64,000 bases of DNA from Obrimoposthia wandeli (GCA_977020255.1 CDROCS010002890.1:1-64000), one strand, 5' to 3'; counted from the stretch's first letter, positions 38,860-48,320 are shown. The notes: generated by a model not told the origin, from the sequence alone. Numbers and translations: made by a program.

Positions 38860-39314
38860 TGGCTGATATTCAATACCCAAGGACTTTACCTGATTTTAGA
38901 ATGGGCAAACAGCGAACGAAGCAGCAAACTTATAGAACATCACAACCCTTTGCTGGCCCATTGTTTATTGAAAAAATAACGGATGAATCGCCTGTATCAT
39001 GGGGCGTTACGATCACATGCACTAACCGCATTCAGTCGAGACAATTTCAGGCGTTTTTACGTGCAGTTGCTAACGGACAGCCTTTCGATAAGAATATTTT
39101 GACGGAAGAAGGCCCGATATTACACGAAGTTCGTTTTGTAGAGATGCCCTTGCAGCCTACACAGATAAATGATTTTGTGTGGCAATATACCGGTGTTATT
39201 TATGCGGTTAAGCTTATTCAGCCTGATGATATTGTTGATGACGAATTAATTTACACATGGCTTCAAGATGCAAGCATTATTGATAACGCCTTAAATAATT
39301 TGTGGGGAGTATAA
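38859..39314 (+). CDS. Distal tail protein
   Basis: IQYP..LP, follows the tape measure gene. Confidence 0.7.
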   Translation: MADIQYPRTLPDFRMGKQRTKQQTYRTSQPFAGPLFIEKITDESPVSWGVTITCTNRIQSRQFQAFLRAVANGQPFDKNILTEEGPILHEVRFVEMPLQPTQINDFVWQYTGVIYAVKLIQPDDIVDDELIYTWLQDASIIDNALNNLWGV

Positions 39315-39829
39315 TGACAACTCCAACTTACAGCCAATCACAACGAGAATATTGGGTAACTAGACCTGCGAATGTATTGCAGTTTAATACCGTTGAATTT
39401 TATCATCCTGATTTTGGTTATATTAGATTAGTTGAGGGGCAATTTAGCAGTAAGATATTTGACGTTGACGGCTCGCCTGAATCATTTCAAGCGGTAGCAA
39501 TGCAAGTGCCACAGGTGACTAATCAAAGTACTGACTCAACACGCGCGGGAACTATTCAATTTGGCAGGATTGGTACACAGGTAAGATTAGCATTGATGCA
39601 AATCACGCCATTAGGTGCAATCAATTATTCTATTCAAGTTAAATTAAGACAATATGAGGATGGAGTAACTGCGCCAATATATGAACGCACACTTTATGTT
39701 AATAAAAATGGTGTAAATATAGGTGCTGATACAGTTAGTGTGCAGTTGTCAGTTAACAACCCCGCAAAAGCAACCAATGAGGCTGCTTTTTATGATCCAT
39801 CGATTTGGACTGGGTTGAGGACTATTTAA
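39314..39829 (+). CDS. Tail hub / minor tail protein (DUF1833-like)
   Basis: T.EFYHPDFGYIRLV...F.A..M motif; synteny. Confidence 0.7.
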   Translation: MTTPTYSQSQREYWVTRPANVLQFNTVEFYHPDFGYIRLVEGQFSSKIFDVDGSPESFQAVAMQVPQVTNQSTDSTRAGTIQFGRIGTQVRLALMQITPLGAINYSIQVKLRQYEDGVTAPIYERTLYVNKNGVNIGADTVSVQLSVNNPAKATNEAAFYDPSIWTGLRTI

Positions 39830-40080
39830 CGTCTCGCGTATTTAATCTTGCCACCTTTACCGCGACTACCACCACGAAAGCTATTGTCTTTTGTTGGTAT
39901 ACTTATAAACTCAGGAGATACACCGACATTATGCAATGGACTGCCGCAAAATACAGTTATAGATTGCTTTATATCATCCTCGCAAATAACAACAACTTCA
40001 TGTTTCATTTTTTCCATTGCTATGCGTATCGCTCCAAGCTCTGCACCACTAGCTCCAATAACACCTATTATCACAATCAT
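39826..40080 (-). CDS. Hypothetical protein (moron)
   Basis: AGGAG SD; C-terminal RGGSRGKGGKIKYARR. Confidence 0.6.
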   Translation of the reverse strand: MIVIIGVIGASGAELGAIRIAMEKMKHEVVVICEDDIKQSITVFCGSPLHNVGVSPEFISIPTKDNSFRGGSRGKGGKIKYARR

Positions 40081-40095
40081 TCTCCTATTAATTTA

Positions 40096-40383
40096 TTAAA
40101 CCACTGGCAAAACTAAACCAGCTTTACCGATAACGCGATGTACCCACGACGAATCAACATTAGCTAACTCACAATGCGGCATACTGCCCTGCAAATATCG
40201 CTGTGCATTTTGTTGTTCATTGACTGCAATAGTATCTTCTTTATCGACTATTCTCGCAGCATCTAATAGCGCACATTGAACGATATGGAACATTAACAGG
40301 CCATAAGGCGAGTTAGTGAATTGCGGCTTAATTTTGCGCGCTATGACCTTTGCGACTGTTGTTTGGTTTAGTGTGTTCATCAT
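40096..40383 (-). CDS. Hypothetical protein (moron)
   Basis: 95-aa ORF. Confidence 0.65.
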   Translation of the reverse strand: MMNTLNQTTVAKVIARKIKPQFTNSPYGLLMFHIVQCALLDAARIVDKEDTIAVNEQQNAQRYLQGSMPHCELANVDSSWVHRVIGKAGLVLPVV

Positions 40384-40408
40384 TCATTACCCCTGTTAAC
40401 TGACCTGT

Positions 40409-40442
40409 TAACCAAGCTGCGATCTATGTTGCAGCTTGGTTA
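40409..40442. terminator. Strong hairpin, putative terminator
   Basis: 12-bp stem TAACCAAGCTGC/GCAGCTTGGTTA. Confidence 0.65.
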
Positions 40443-40450
40443 TTTAATAA

Positions 40451-40849
40451 TTAATCTTCATCTTCGTCATTAGTAAAATCTTCTGATGTTGGGTTTTTTA
40501 ACCAGTTAGTAATAACACCTTCACCGTTAATTTTTAAATCTAGGTAATCGCCCCATTCACCCGGTAACAAATTATTAGGTACATAATTATTTCTTATTGA
40601 AAGAGCAGCTTCGCCGTTTTTATCTAGTAAGTGGTAACTGCCCGCATCGCAAATTTTCCAATAATATTCTCTTTCTTCACCTTGAGGCCAATCGCGTATT
40701 TTACCTGTTTCAAGGTCAACTATAACTTCCCACGTATCACCACGAAGCAGAGGAACTGGTTTGATTTCTTCATCTAAATGACGAGGGTTGATATCTATTA
40801 ATACGAATTTAACTTCAACTTGTTCTTTTTTAATTACTGTGACTTTCAT
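40451..40849 (-). CDS. Conserved-looking hypothetical protein (moron)
   Basis: W...VDLETGKI.DWPQG...WKICD.G.Y...YVP...PGE.GDY..L.I..G.I.NW. Confidence 0.72.
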   Translation of the reverse strand: MKVTVIKKEQVEVKFVLIDINPRHLDEEIKPVPLLRGDTWEVIVDLETGKIRDWPQGEEREYYWKICDAGSYHLLDKNGEAALSIRNNYVPNNLLPGEWGDYLDLKINGEGVITNWLKNPTSEDFTNDEDED

Positions 40850-40889
40850 ACTCTTCTCTCTTGTTTGTGTTCGTTACTGCCATTATTGG

Positions 40890-41186
40890 CTATTTATTAC
40901 AGGTAGGGCAATCACCGCCAGATTGGTCGCAACCGCTAAAATTACCATCACCTAATTCAATTCCCTTGCATTCTGTTTCGGTAGCTGAAAAGAATCTATT
41001 GCCTTTACCATTTGGTCTAACTGTCATGTGATCAAACCCCATTTTATTACCTAGCGCTTGCCATGCTCGATTTGCATTTTCTTGCGGTGAAGATGGTTGG
41101 CCGCACTGCAATGCAATCATTGCTACAGGTTTGCCAGCATTTATAAGTACATCTAATTGCTCTTGTGTCATTTCAAAATCTTTCAT
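40890..41186 (-). CDS. Hypothetical protein with Cys-rich C-terminus (moron)
   Basis: 98 aa; SSPQENANRAW..LG..MGFD.MTV.P. Confidence 0.7.
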   Translation of the reverse strand: MKDFEMTQEQLDVLINAGKPVAMIALQCGQPSSPQENANRAWQALGNKMGFDHMTVRPNGKGNRFFSATETECKGIELGDGNFSGCDQSGGDCPTCNK

Positions 41187-41222
41187 ATTATCTCTCGTTA
41201 GTTGCTTGCGTTTGATGCACCA

Positions 41223-41250
41223 ACTATAGCACCTTACGTTTACTAATCAA
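41223..41250 (-). promoter_or_regulatory. Moron promoter with TTACGTTTA box
   Basis: Minus strand TTGATT-16-TATAGT; box at 41234-41242. Confidence 0.6.
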
Positions 41251-41302
41251 CAGTTATTATATTTAATTTGTAATTATGTTAATATGGTAAAAAATTTAAT
41301 GG

Positions 41303-41677
41303 GTGATTGTGATGGGTATTTGGGGCGGAATAAAATCAGTATTCGGGTTTGATGGCGTAGGCGAAACAGCGCTAAGGATAGTTGATAAGATAGCTGGGAC
41401 TGACTGGACGCCAGAACAGCGAGCGGAGTACCATTTGAAATATATGGAAACAACCAAGTACCAATCACCAACAAGACGAGTTTTAGCTATTCTATTTATG
41501 TCTGAGCAATTAATGCTTGTTACGGTATGGATATTTTCTAAAGCTGCTCACAGATTGATTGATCATGCTGGCGCTGGATTGCTTGCTAATGATGTTAATT
41601 TGTTTTTACAGTCAAATGTTAACGTTAGCCTTGGAGCTATTATTGGGTTTTACTTTCTTCTCGGCATGAAAAAATAA
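41303..41677 (+). CDS. Putative holin-like membrane protein
   Basis: Amphipathic N-terminus, RR.LA..F TM segment and IIGFYFLLG C-terminal TM. Confidence 0.55.
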   Translation: MIVMGIWGGIKSVFGFDGVGETALRIVDKIAGTDWTPEQRAEYHLKYMETTKYQSPTRRVLAILFMSEQLMLVTVWIFSKAAHRLIDHAGAGLLANDVNLFLQSNVNVSLGAIIGFYFLLGMKK

Positions 41678-42090
41678 TGAATCAACATGACTTCATCAAA
41701 AAAACATTGGGTATTCCGTGGGTTAATAGAGCCAGCTCTTTCGATGCTGCTGATTGCTTTGGTATCATCATGCTTTATTATAAGCACGTCCTTAGCATTG
41801 ACTTGCCAATTGTTGAAGGATTTGCGGAGAAAGTTAACTTCCTTGAGTGCTACAACAAAGGCAAAGCGCTTTGGCAAGAAGTAGAATCACCCGTTGAAAA
41901 TGGGATCGTGTTCACTTGTTACCGTGGCGATGAGCCAATGCACGTTGGCTTATGTGTTGGGCAAGGTTACGCTTTACATTCTCGCGGCACTGAAAAGCAA
42001 CATGGTAAAGTTGAAATACACTCCCTTAGGGCAATTGAGCGCCTGTATGGAAAGATGACGTTCCATGAGTTTGTAGGGCAAAACTGTTAA
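41677..42090 (+). CDS. NlpC/P60 tail assembly protein
   Basis: G.PW..R......DC.G.....Y, HVGLC....ALHS. Confidence 0.88.
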   Translation: MNQHDFIKKTLGIPWVNRASSFDAADCFGIIMLYYKHVLSIDLPIVEGFAEKVNFLECYNKGKALWQEVESPVENGIVFTCYRGDEPMHVGLCVGQGYALHSRGTEKQHGKVEIHSLRAIERLYGKMTFHEFVGQNC

Positions 42091-42099
42091 TGATATAAT
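42071..42099 (+). promoter_or_regulatory. Promoter of RNA-HNH cassette 4
   Basis: TTGTAG-17-TATAAT with an extended TG motif. Confidence 0.65.
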
Positions 42100-42102
42100 T
42101 TG

Positions 42103-42156
42103 TTTGCATCTAGGCTTAGCGGCTGAATATCTGAACTTAGAACAGACCGATGCAAA
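42103..42156 (+). ncRNA. Three-helix structured RNA element E4 upstream of HNH gene
   Basis: P1 TTTGCATC/GATGCAAA; P2 GGCT-TAGC-GGCT; P3 TCTG-[AACTTAGAA]-CAGA. The loop is complementary to TTCTAAG (42164-42170). Confidence 0.78.
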
Positions 42157-42192
42157 ACTTCAATTCTAAGCAATTACACTAAGGTAATTAAT

Positions 42193-42801
42193 ATGCAATT
42201 CATAGAAAAGCCAGTTAACAAAAGCGCACTATCAAGCAGAAGATTAATATTAGGTGTAGGAACAAATGATGCTGCCTACCAAGTAAATCCAAAAATAGAC
42301 GGTGAAAACTCTCTATGTAGATATTATAGCCGATGGCATGGCATGCTAAAAAGGTGCTACCATAAGGGCTACCAAGAAAAACACCCATCATATATTGGCT
42401 GCGCTGTCTGTACTGATTGGTTAACTTTCAGCAACTTCAAGACTTGGATGATCAATCAGGATTGGAAGGATAAGCACCTAGATAAAGATTTATTAATTCA
42501 AGGGAATAAAGTCTATTCTCCTGAAACGTGTTTGTTTGTAAGTCAGCAAATAAACACCCTGTTAAACAACTGCAGAGCAAAAAGAGGTGATTACCCGCAG
42601 GGTGTTTGCTGGAATAAAGCCGCTAAAAAGTTCACGGCAGAAATAAGTTTCGCAGGAAAAAGAAGGAGCGTATCTTACTTTGAAACCGTTAAGTTGGCGT
42701 ACGCTCACTACAAGAAAGAAAAATACATACTCATAAGGCAAGTAGCGTTAGAGCAGTGCGAGCCACTTAGGGCTGCACTATTATCGTATAAAATACAATA
42801 A
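42193..42801 (+). CDS. HNH-type homing endonuclease; paralog of 34875-35480
   Basis: GVGTND, RWHGMLKRCY, CAVCTDWLTFSNFKTW, LDKDLL.QGNKVYSPETC. Confidence 0.88.
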   Translation: MQFIEKPVNKSALSSRRLILGVGTNDAAYQVNPKIDGENSLCRYYSRWHGMLKRCYHKGYQEKHPSYIGCAVCTDWLTFSNFKTWMINQDWKDKHLDKDLLIQGNKVYSPETCLFVSQQINTLLNNCRAKRGDYPQGVCWNKAAKKFTAEISFAGKRRSVSYFETVKLAYAHYKKEKYILIRQVALEQCEPLRAALLSYKIQ

Positions 42802-42838
42802 TGGTATAATGCACTATCACAAATTTATAGGCTAAACG

Positions 42839-45361
42839 ATGCCACAATTAATAACAATCCGCGATCAAGTTGCTGCAACCGGCGACGATATTAATATTAT
42901 TGAATGCGGCACCACACCAACTGATGCAATAATTCAATGCTTTCCTGATGGAATAGATCCTAACGCTGCAAAAATTTACGTTAACAATAAATTAATGGTG
43001 CTACCGGGTAATGATGTCGATTCAAGCATTGAGCTTTTACAGCCACTAACTGAAGATTGCACCATAATTGTTGCGTTAGAAGTTAAAGGCATCGAGGTGC
43101 TTGGTAACTTTTTTGCTGGCGCTTTGGTAAATGCTGCTATTCAATCGTTAGTGCCAAGTATTCCTGGTGGAGCTGGTCAACGCAAAGATAGCCCAAATAA
43201 TAACCTGCAAGGGCAGACTAACATAGCAAGGCCTTATCAAGCCTACCCGCTTATTCTCGGTGCTCCTGTTTCGTTTCCTGATCTAACTGGCGAGCCTGTC
43301 ATTGAATACGAGAACAACGTTAAAATTGTTACTCAATTAATGAATATAGGCGTAGGGTTATTTGACGACAAAGTAGTGAGAGCCGGTGAAACTCCACTTA
43401 CTAACTTTAGCGGCGCATCATCTGAATTTTTCGAGCCAGTTAATAAAATGGTAACAATACCAACATTAACCGAAGCATTCGCAACCAATGAAGTAGACGG
43501 CCAGCAATTATTAGGTGTTGGCGATCCAATAGCGAGCTATTTACTTGTTGAAAATGGGGTAGGTCTAACCACTTATGACGGCACGACATTTGTATTTAGA
43601 GTAAATAAAACTGTTGCATCTGATCAATTAAAGTCTGATTTTGACGCTGCTGTCGTCCCATTCTTTCTTAATGTTAACTATGAAGCTGATGTTAGTGGAT
43701 CGGGTATAACTAGCGAGGATGGTACTGGCACGACTGCAACTATTGTTTTGGATGGTGGCCTACTATTTTACACTATAACGCTTACCTCGTTTAATGGGCC
43801 TAAAGCATTCAATGATGTTTACTCATTTATCGCAACATTCACCACTGAAAATGTATTATCAATACCGCTTGGGCCAATAAACCTTGCTGTTGAAATGGAA
43901 GAGATATGGTTTAACTTCCTATTCAGTCGTGGGCTAAAGAAAACCGTTACCTTCCGCGTGACTATGCAGCAGCTTGACGGCCCAAACGGATCGCCAATAA
44001 TAGGTCCGCAACAGTCGTTTATATTCGGCTTTGTCGCTGACAGCTTAGAGCAACAAAATAGAACATTTAAAGGCGTACTATTAACCTCTGGCTTCTATCA
44101 GTTTTCGATAGCGCGTGAAGATGCCGACAGTAATAATAGCAATGTACCTGATGACACCAAGTTAGAAGCGGCCTATGCGATAAATAAAAAGACTAATGTA
44201 GAGTACGGCAATGTCACATTAATAAGAACTATTGTTCCTGCGACAATCAATGCCACTTCGTTACGTGAGAATAAAATAAATGTAAGTCTAGCAAGTAAGT
44301 TAATCAGCTATGACGTAAACACTCAAAGCATAATAACAACGCCTGCAGCATCAAGAAAGGCTGCGGATGCTTTATTGCATATGTACGTCGAGTTTTTCGG
44401 ACTAGATGCTAATACGTTGGCACTTGATGAACTATACGAAATACAAAATAGACTTGATGCGATCAATCCGTCACTGGCAACTTTCGATTTTACCTTTGAT
44501 GACATCGACGTTTCATTAGATGAACGTATGGATGCAATATTAAATGTCATGCGTTGCTACAAATGGCTTGACGGTGACGTTTACCGATTTACACGTAACG
44601 AGGCCAAAGCATTCGAATCAACCACGATCACGCGCAGAGATATAGCGCAAGATTCAGATCGCGAATACTCGTTAACATATAACCCACAGCTAACAGAAAA
44701 CTTTGACTCTGTTAAAGTTGAGTACGTTGAAACCACCTTTAATAAAAAGGCTTATATATTTCGCAAGCTTGACGGCGCGGGCAATATTGTCGATGGAGTT
44801 GGTGCTAATCCGAAATCAATTGAACTTGCTGGTTGCTCAGAAGCTTTTAACGCGATCAATCGTGCTGAACTTGAAATGCGTACTTTGATTTACCAGCGAT
44901 ATACATTATCAGACACGATACTATCAAGCGGCATGTTTCTCGATAAGGGTGATATGGTTTTATATGCTGAGCAATACAATAGCAACGGTGATGTGTTCGA
45001 CGGTGAAATACTAGAAGTTACCGGCAACATAGCTCGCACAAGTGAATCGATACTATTTGATCCTGCGCTTACTTACCAAATACATTACACGATCGAAGAT
45101 GGATCAAGTATTGGACCATTCGCCGTCACTGAAGTTGCTGATCAGCCATTTCAATTTGAATGCTCAAGCCTTACACAAGCTTACGTGCGAGATTCAATAC
45201 TCGGCTTTTTGATACAAACAGGCTCGCGTTATATAATAAGCACAGTTGAAGAATTAGAGGCTGCACGATGGTCTGTAATAGATAAAGAAGCAACCGGTAG
45301 AAATGTACAACTTACAATGGCTAATTACGATGATAAAATTTACGAATTTGATGGAGTATAA
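42839..45361 (+). CDS. Central tail/tip (host specificity J-like) protein
   Basis: SPNNNLQGQTN.ARPYQA.P.I.G...SFPDL; C-terminal D.V.VEY...FE.....; follows NlpC/P60. Confidence 0.85.
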   Translation: MPQLITIRDQVAATGDDINIIECGTTPTDAIIQCFPDGIDPNAAKIYVNNKLMVLPGNDVDSSIELLQPLTEDCTIIVALEVKGIEVLGNFFAGALVNAAIQSLVPSIPGGAGQRKDSPNNNLQGQTNIARPYQAYPLILGAPVSFPDLTGEPVIEYENNVKIVTQLMNIGVGLFDDKVVRAGETPLTNFSGASSEFFEPVNKMVTIPTLTEAFATNEVDGQQLLGVGDPIASYLLVENGVGLTTYDGTTFVFRVNKTVASDQLKSDFDAAVVPFFLNVNYEADVSGSGITSEDGTGTTATIVLDGGLLFYTITLTSFNGPKAFNDVYSFIATFTTENVLSIPLGPINLAVEMEEIWFNFLFSRGLKKTVTFRVTMQQLDGPNGSPIIGPQQSFIFGFVADSLEQQNRTFKGVLLTSGFYQFSIAREDADSNNSNVPDDTKLEAAYAINKKTNVEYGNVTLIRTIVPATINATSLRENKINVSLASKLISYDVNTQSIITTPAASRKAADALLHMYVEFFGLDANTLALDELYEIQNRLDAINPSLATFDFTFDDIDVSLDERMDAILNVMRCYKWLDGDVYRFTRNEAKAFESTTITRRDIAQDSDREYSLTYNPQLTENFDSVKVEYVETTFNKKAYIFRKLDGAGNIVDGVGANPKSIELAGCSEAFNAINRAELEMRTLIYQRYTLSDTILSSGMFLDKGDMVLYAEQYNSNGDVFDGEILEVTGNIARTSESILFDPALTYQIHYTIEDGSSIGPFAVTEVADQPFQFECSSLTQAYVRDSILGFLIQTGSRYIISTVEELEAARWSVIDKEATGRNVQLTMANYDDKIYEFDGV

Positions 45362-45366
45362 ATAGA

Positions 45367-47409
45367 ATGGCTTGTACTAGATTTAATACAGGAAACCCAG
45401 TACTGCCCTGCGGCAGTCCCAGCGCTAAAGACTTAAGCGATAATGCGCCAAATCTAGATCTGATGGCTAATGACTTAGTCAACGACACCTTTACCGACAG
45501 GCTTGGCAACGTCCGAGATACCGCCAACGGTAGAATTAAAAAGATGGGTTATACGGTGCCGATTGTATACGCTGGCGGTGAACTTTTTGCCATTAATGAT
45601 AATGTAAAAACAATCGAAGAGGGTGATATTGTCTATGCACCTTTGCCTTCTGCGTTGCCTTTTACTACATCAGGCACTTGGGGCGTAATTGGGGTAAGCG
45701 GTGATAATTTAAAGTTCTTTGTTGTTCAGGGGCTTACAGCAGATAATGCTTCATCTTTTCTAGTTAATAAATCCAACACTGTTGCAGAATTATTGCTAAA
45801 TAATAATGTAAAAGACGGCGGGGCTACAAATGTAAAAAACAGAACGACAGGGAATAAAGGTAGTGCGATGTGGGACGCATCGACAGGGTTAGTCGATAAT
45901 GGTTTAGATATATTACAAAGCTCGGTCGACCCGTTACTTTTTCATGAGTTGCGAAAAAACCCAATATTAGACGCTATGCAATTCGGCAACATAGCCACCA
46001 ACGCTAAAAACATGATAGAAAGAATGGTGCAAACTGGCAATAACTTATACTTGCCTTCTGGTGAGTATGACGCGGCGGCTCTTAATGTTATTTCACTAAA
46101 CAAAAAAATAGTTATTCACGGTGATACACCAGTTTATGACCCTTTAACAGATACTAAAACGGGAACATGGATAAACGGTGTTTTATCAAGTGCTGGTGCT
46201 AAATCAATCGCTATGTTTGATATAGGTGTCGACACTCGACTAGTGGCAGAAAATGAAGGTGTTATATTTTCAGACCCTCAATACATGGACACTGTATTTA
46301 TTGACCGCGTGATAGTTATAGCAAAACCTAACTCTAATCATTGTTTGCTTATAGAAAATACTAAGCGTGTTGATGTTGGTACTGTGATTTTATACGGCGG
46401 CATTCAAGGTTTCGCCATTAAAGCAGAAGTATTTAAGGTGGGTGCAATATTTGCATTCGACCAGGCCACTTGGGGCTGTACTGTGCGTTATTCACCAAGC
46501 GCTCCATGTAATAACGGCTATATTGGGTATGTTTATTGTGGCACTGTAAATAACGCTAAGGGTGGTGGTGTTATTTGTATGAATGACCAAGAAGGCGCTG
46601 CACTTAAAAATGTAAATTTTGGTAAAATAATTATTGATCAAGGTAGTGCTGGTTTCTTCATTACTAACGGTGGGAACACTGTCGATGCTGAGAATATAAC
46701 TGTTGACGATCTATATATTGAAGGTGTAAGCGCCTTTGCTATTCAAACGTTTGGCAAGCCTAACGGGTTTAAGATAGGTAGAGCGCATTTAAAAAATTGT
46801 TCAGGCTCTATATTTAACAACAACGGTGACCCACAAGACCACGAATACAGCAACATAACTATTGAGGGCGGTGGCGCTCCTGCTTTACTTTCTGGTGACA
46901 ATCACAAGTGTAGAGGCTGGAATAGTAAAGGCGCAGCATTGCAAGGTACGTTTATACAAAACGAATCTATTGACTTGCAAGTATGGGATATGGATGCAAG
47001 GTCTAGCGCTGTACTTAATCAGAACGGGGGCACACAATACGCAAGCGGCGCGGAAGGGGGAGTTAACTACCCTGCAAACGGTAACTTACCTGCAATGGTT
47101 AGTTTAACGGGTGTTAAACATCAAAGTTCAGCATCCCTTGTTACCAATGATTTAACTACTGTTTACGCCCTACCTGCTGGATCTTCAAAGTATATACTAA
47201 CTTTAAAGATAATGATGTTTAGCGTTGCTGGTGCTCATTCGAGAACTGTTCAGATAGCGATGAATGATATCCAGTACATTGCTAATAGCTCTAGCGCAAG
47301 TGCAGTGTTCTCAGTTGAAAAGAACGGTGATAATATACAGGTTAAATATATATTTAGTGCTGGCGGGGTTGACATCAACTGCGTAATTGAAGCTTTTCAC
47401 GAAGCCTAG
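45367..47409 (+). CDS. Tailspike/tail fiber with predicted parallel beta-helix (possible depolymerase)
   Basis: N-terminal FNTGNP....SAKDL.DNA.NLD...TDRLG attachment domain; LYLPSG.Y and repeating beta-strand/Asn-Gly pattern. Confidence 0.85.
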   Translation: MACTRFNTGNPVLPCGSPSAKDLSDNAPNLDLMANDLVNDTFTDRLGNVRDTANGRIKKMGYTVPIVYAGGELFAINDNVKTIEEGDIVYAPLPSALPFTTSGTWGVIGVSGDNLKFFVVQGLTADNASSFLVNKSNTVAELLLNNNVKDGGATNVKNRTTGNKGSAMWDASTGLVDNGLDILQSSVDPLLFHELRKNPILDAMQFGNIATNAKNMIERMVQTGNNLYLPSGEYDAAALNVISLNKKIVIHGDTPVYDPLTDTKTGTWINGVLSSAGAKSIAMFDIGVDTRLVAENEGVIFSDPQYMDTVFIDRVIVIAKPNSNHCLLIENTKRVDVGTVILYGGIQGFAIKAEVFKVGAIFAFDQATWGCTVRYSPSAPCNNGYIGYVYCGTVNNAKGGGVICMNDQEGAALKNVNFGKIIIDQGSAGFFITNGGNTVDAENITVDDLYIEGVSAFAIQTFGKPNGFKIGRAHLKNCSGSIFNNNGDPQDHEYSNITIEGGGAPALLSGDNHKCRGWNSKGAALQGTFIQNESIDLQVWDMDARSSAVLNQNGGTQYASGAEGGVNYPANGNLPAMVSLTGVKHQSSASLVTNDLTTVYALPAGSSKYILTLKIMMFSVAGAHSRTVQIAMNDIQYIANSSSASAVFSVEKNGDNIQVKYIFSAGGVDINCVIEAFHEA

Positions 47410-47418
47410 TATTCACAC

Positions 47419-47454
47419 AGAAAGCTCGACACTAACCTTCCGAGCTTTCTTTTA
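47419..47454. terminator. Terminator between tailspike and endolysin
   Basis: AGAAAGCTCG/CGAGCTTTCT stem followed by a T-run. Confidence 0.75.
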
Positions 47455-47461
47455 GTTATAA

Positions 47462-47866
47462 CTACCACCTCCCTTTAACCGCTCTACCATCAGCGTGATT
47501 AAAGGATTTATACAAACCCAAACCTAAAGTGTTTGGGTTTTTTTCGTCTAGGTAATGATGAATTAAATCGGGCGGTACTTGGTGGTGCCCATCAATAAAT
47601 ATTTGAAAGTCAATTGCGCATGCTCTCGGGTGCTGTCCGTTATCGTTGCTTCCTACTGGCTCAGAGCGATTATAAACATAACACCTCGCGCCGCTAGTGA
47701 TTATTAGTGTGACTTTTTTAGCGTTATACTTTTCTTTGAAATGATCGCACACGCCTTGCACGACCTGAATAATCGGCTCATTTGCCAATATAGTCACACT
47801 GCAATCGGGATCTTTGCACTTACAATCTAATTCATGCTGGCTAATGTTTGCTGTTATCTTTCGCAT
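47462..47866 (-). CDS. Endolysin, peptidase M15 family
   Basis: ELDCKC..., ITSGARC...N, QHP.A.AID, GLGLY..FNH.D.R. Confidence 0.88.
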   Translation of the reverse strand: MRKITANISQHELDCKCKDPDCSVTILANEPIIQVVQGVCDHFKEKYNAKKVTLIITSGARCYVYNRSEPVGSNDNGQHPRACAIDFQIFIDGHHQVPPDLIHHYLDEKNPNTLGLGLYKSFNHADGRAVKGRW

Positions 47867-48029
47867 TATAATTCCTCTACTTTTGTTACATGCCAGCCAT
47901 CGAAGTAAAAAAATTCAATAGTGTTATTTTTCGCCTCTCTCGCATTATGTGCATTTATCACCATAAAATCTGATTCTTCACCTTTTGCTACGAAAACGTT
48001 AAATAGTTTCATTTTATTCTCAGTTAAGT

Positions 48030-48058
48030 TTGATTAATGAATAAACATAATATAGTAT
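48030..48058 (+). promoter_or_regulatory. Rightward early promoter with TAAACATAA box
   Basis: TTGATT-17-TAGTAT; box at 48042-48050. Confidence 0.6.
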
Positions 48059-48101
48059 AGCTACTGTATCAGAAATTAAACTAAATGCAACCGAGGTTAT
48101 T

Positions 48102-48320
48102 ATGAATAAATTACAAGCGTTAAATTGGTTAGTTGAGAATGTGACAAGATGGCCAGCAAAAGGTAAAGGCGTTGTTTCTACCCCTATCAATTGGTTTTGG
48201 GGTGGCTTCACTGATGGTGAAGTTAAGCTAATTAAAGCTGAACCTACAGAAATGTACGCTGATTGTCATATCACGCAGCAAGAGTGGTTGGATGTTGATC
48301 TTAGAGAAAGCAAGGAGTAA
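48102..48320 (+). CDS. Hypothetical protein
   Basis: 72 aa with GAGG SD. Confidence 0.7.
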   Translation: MNKLQALNWLVENVTRWPAKGKGVVSTPINWFWGGFTDGEVKLIKAEPTEMYADCHITQQEWLDVDLRESKE

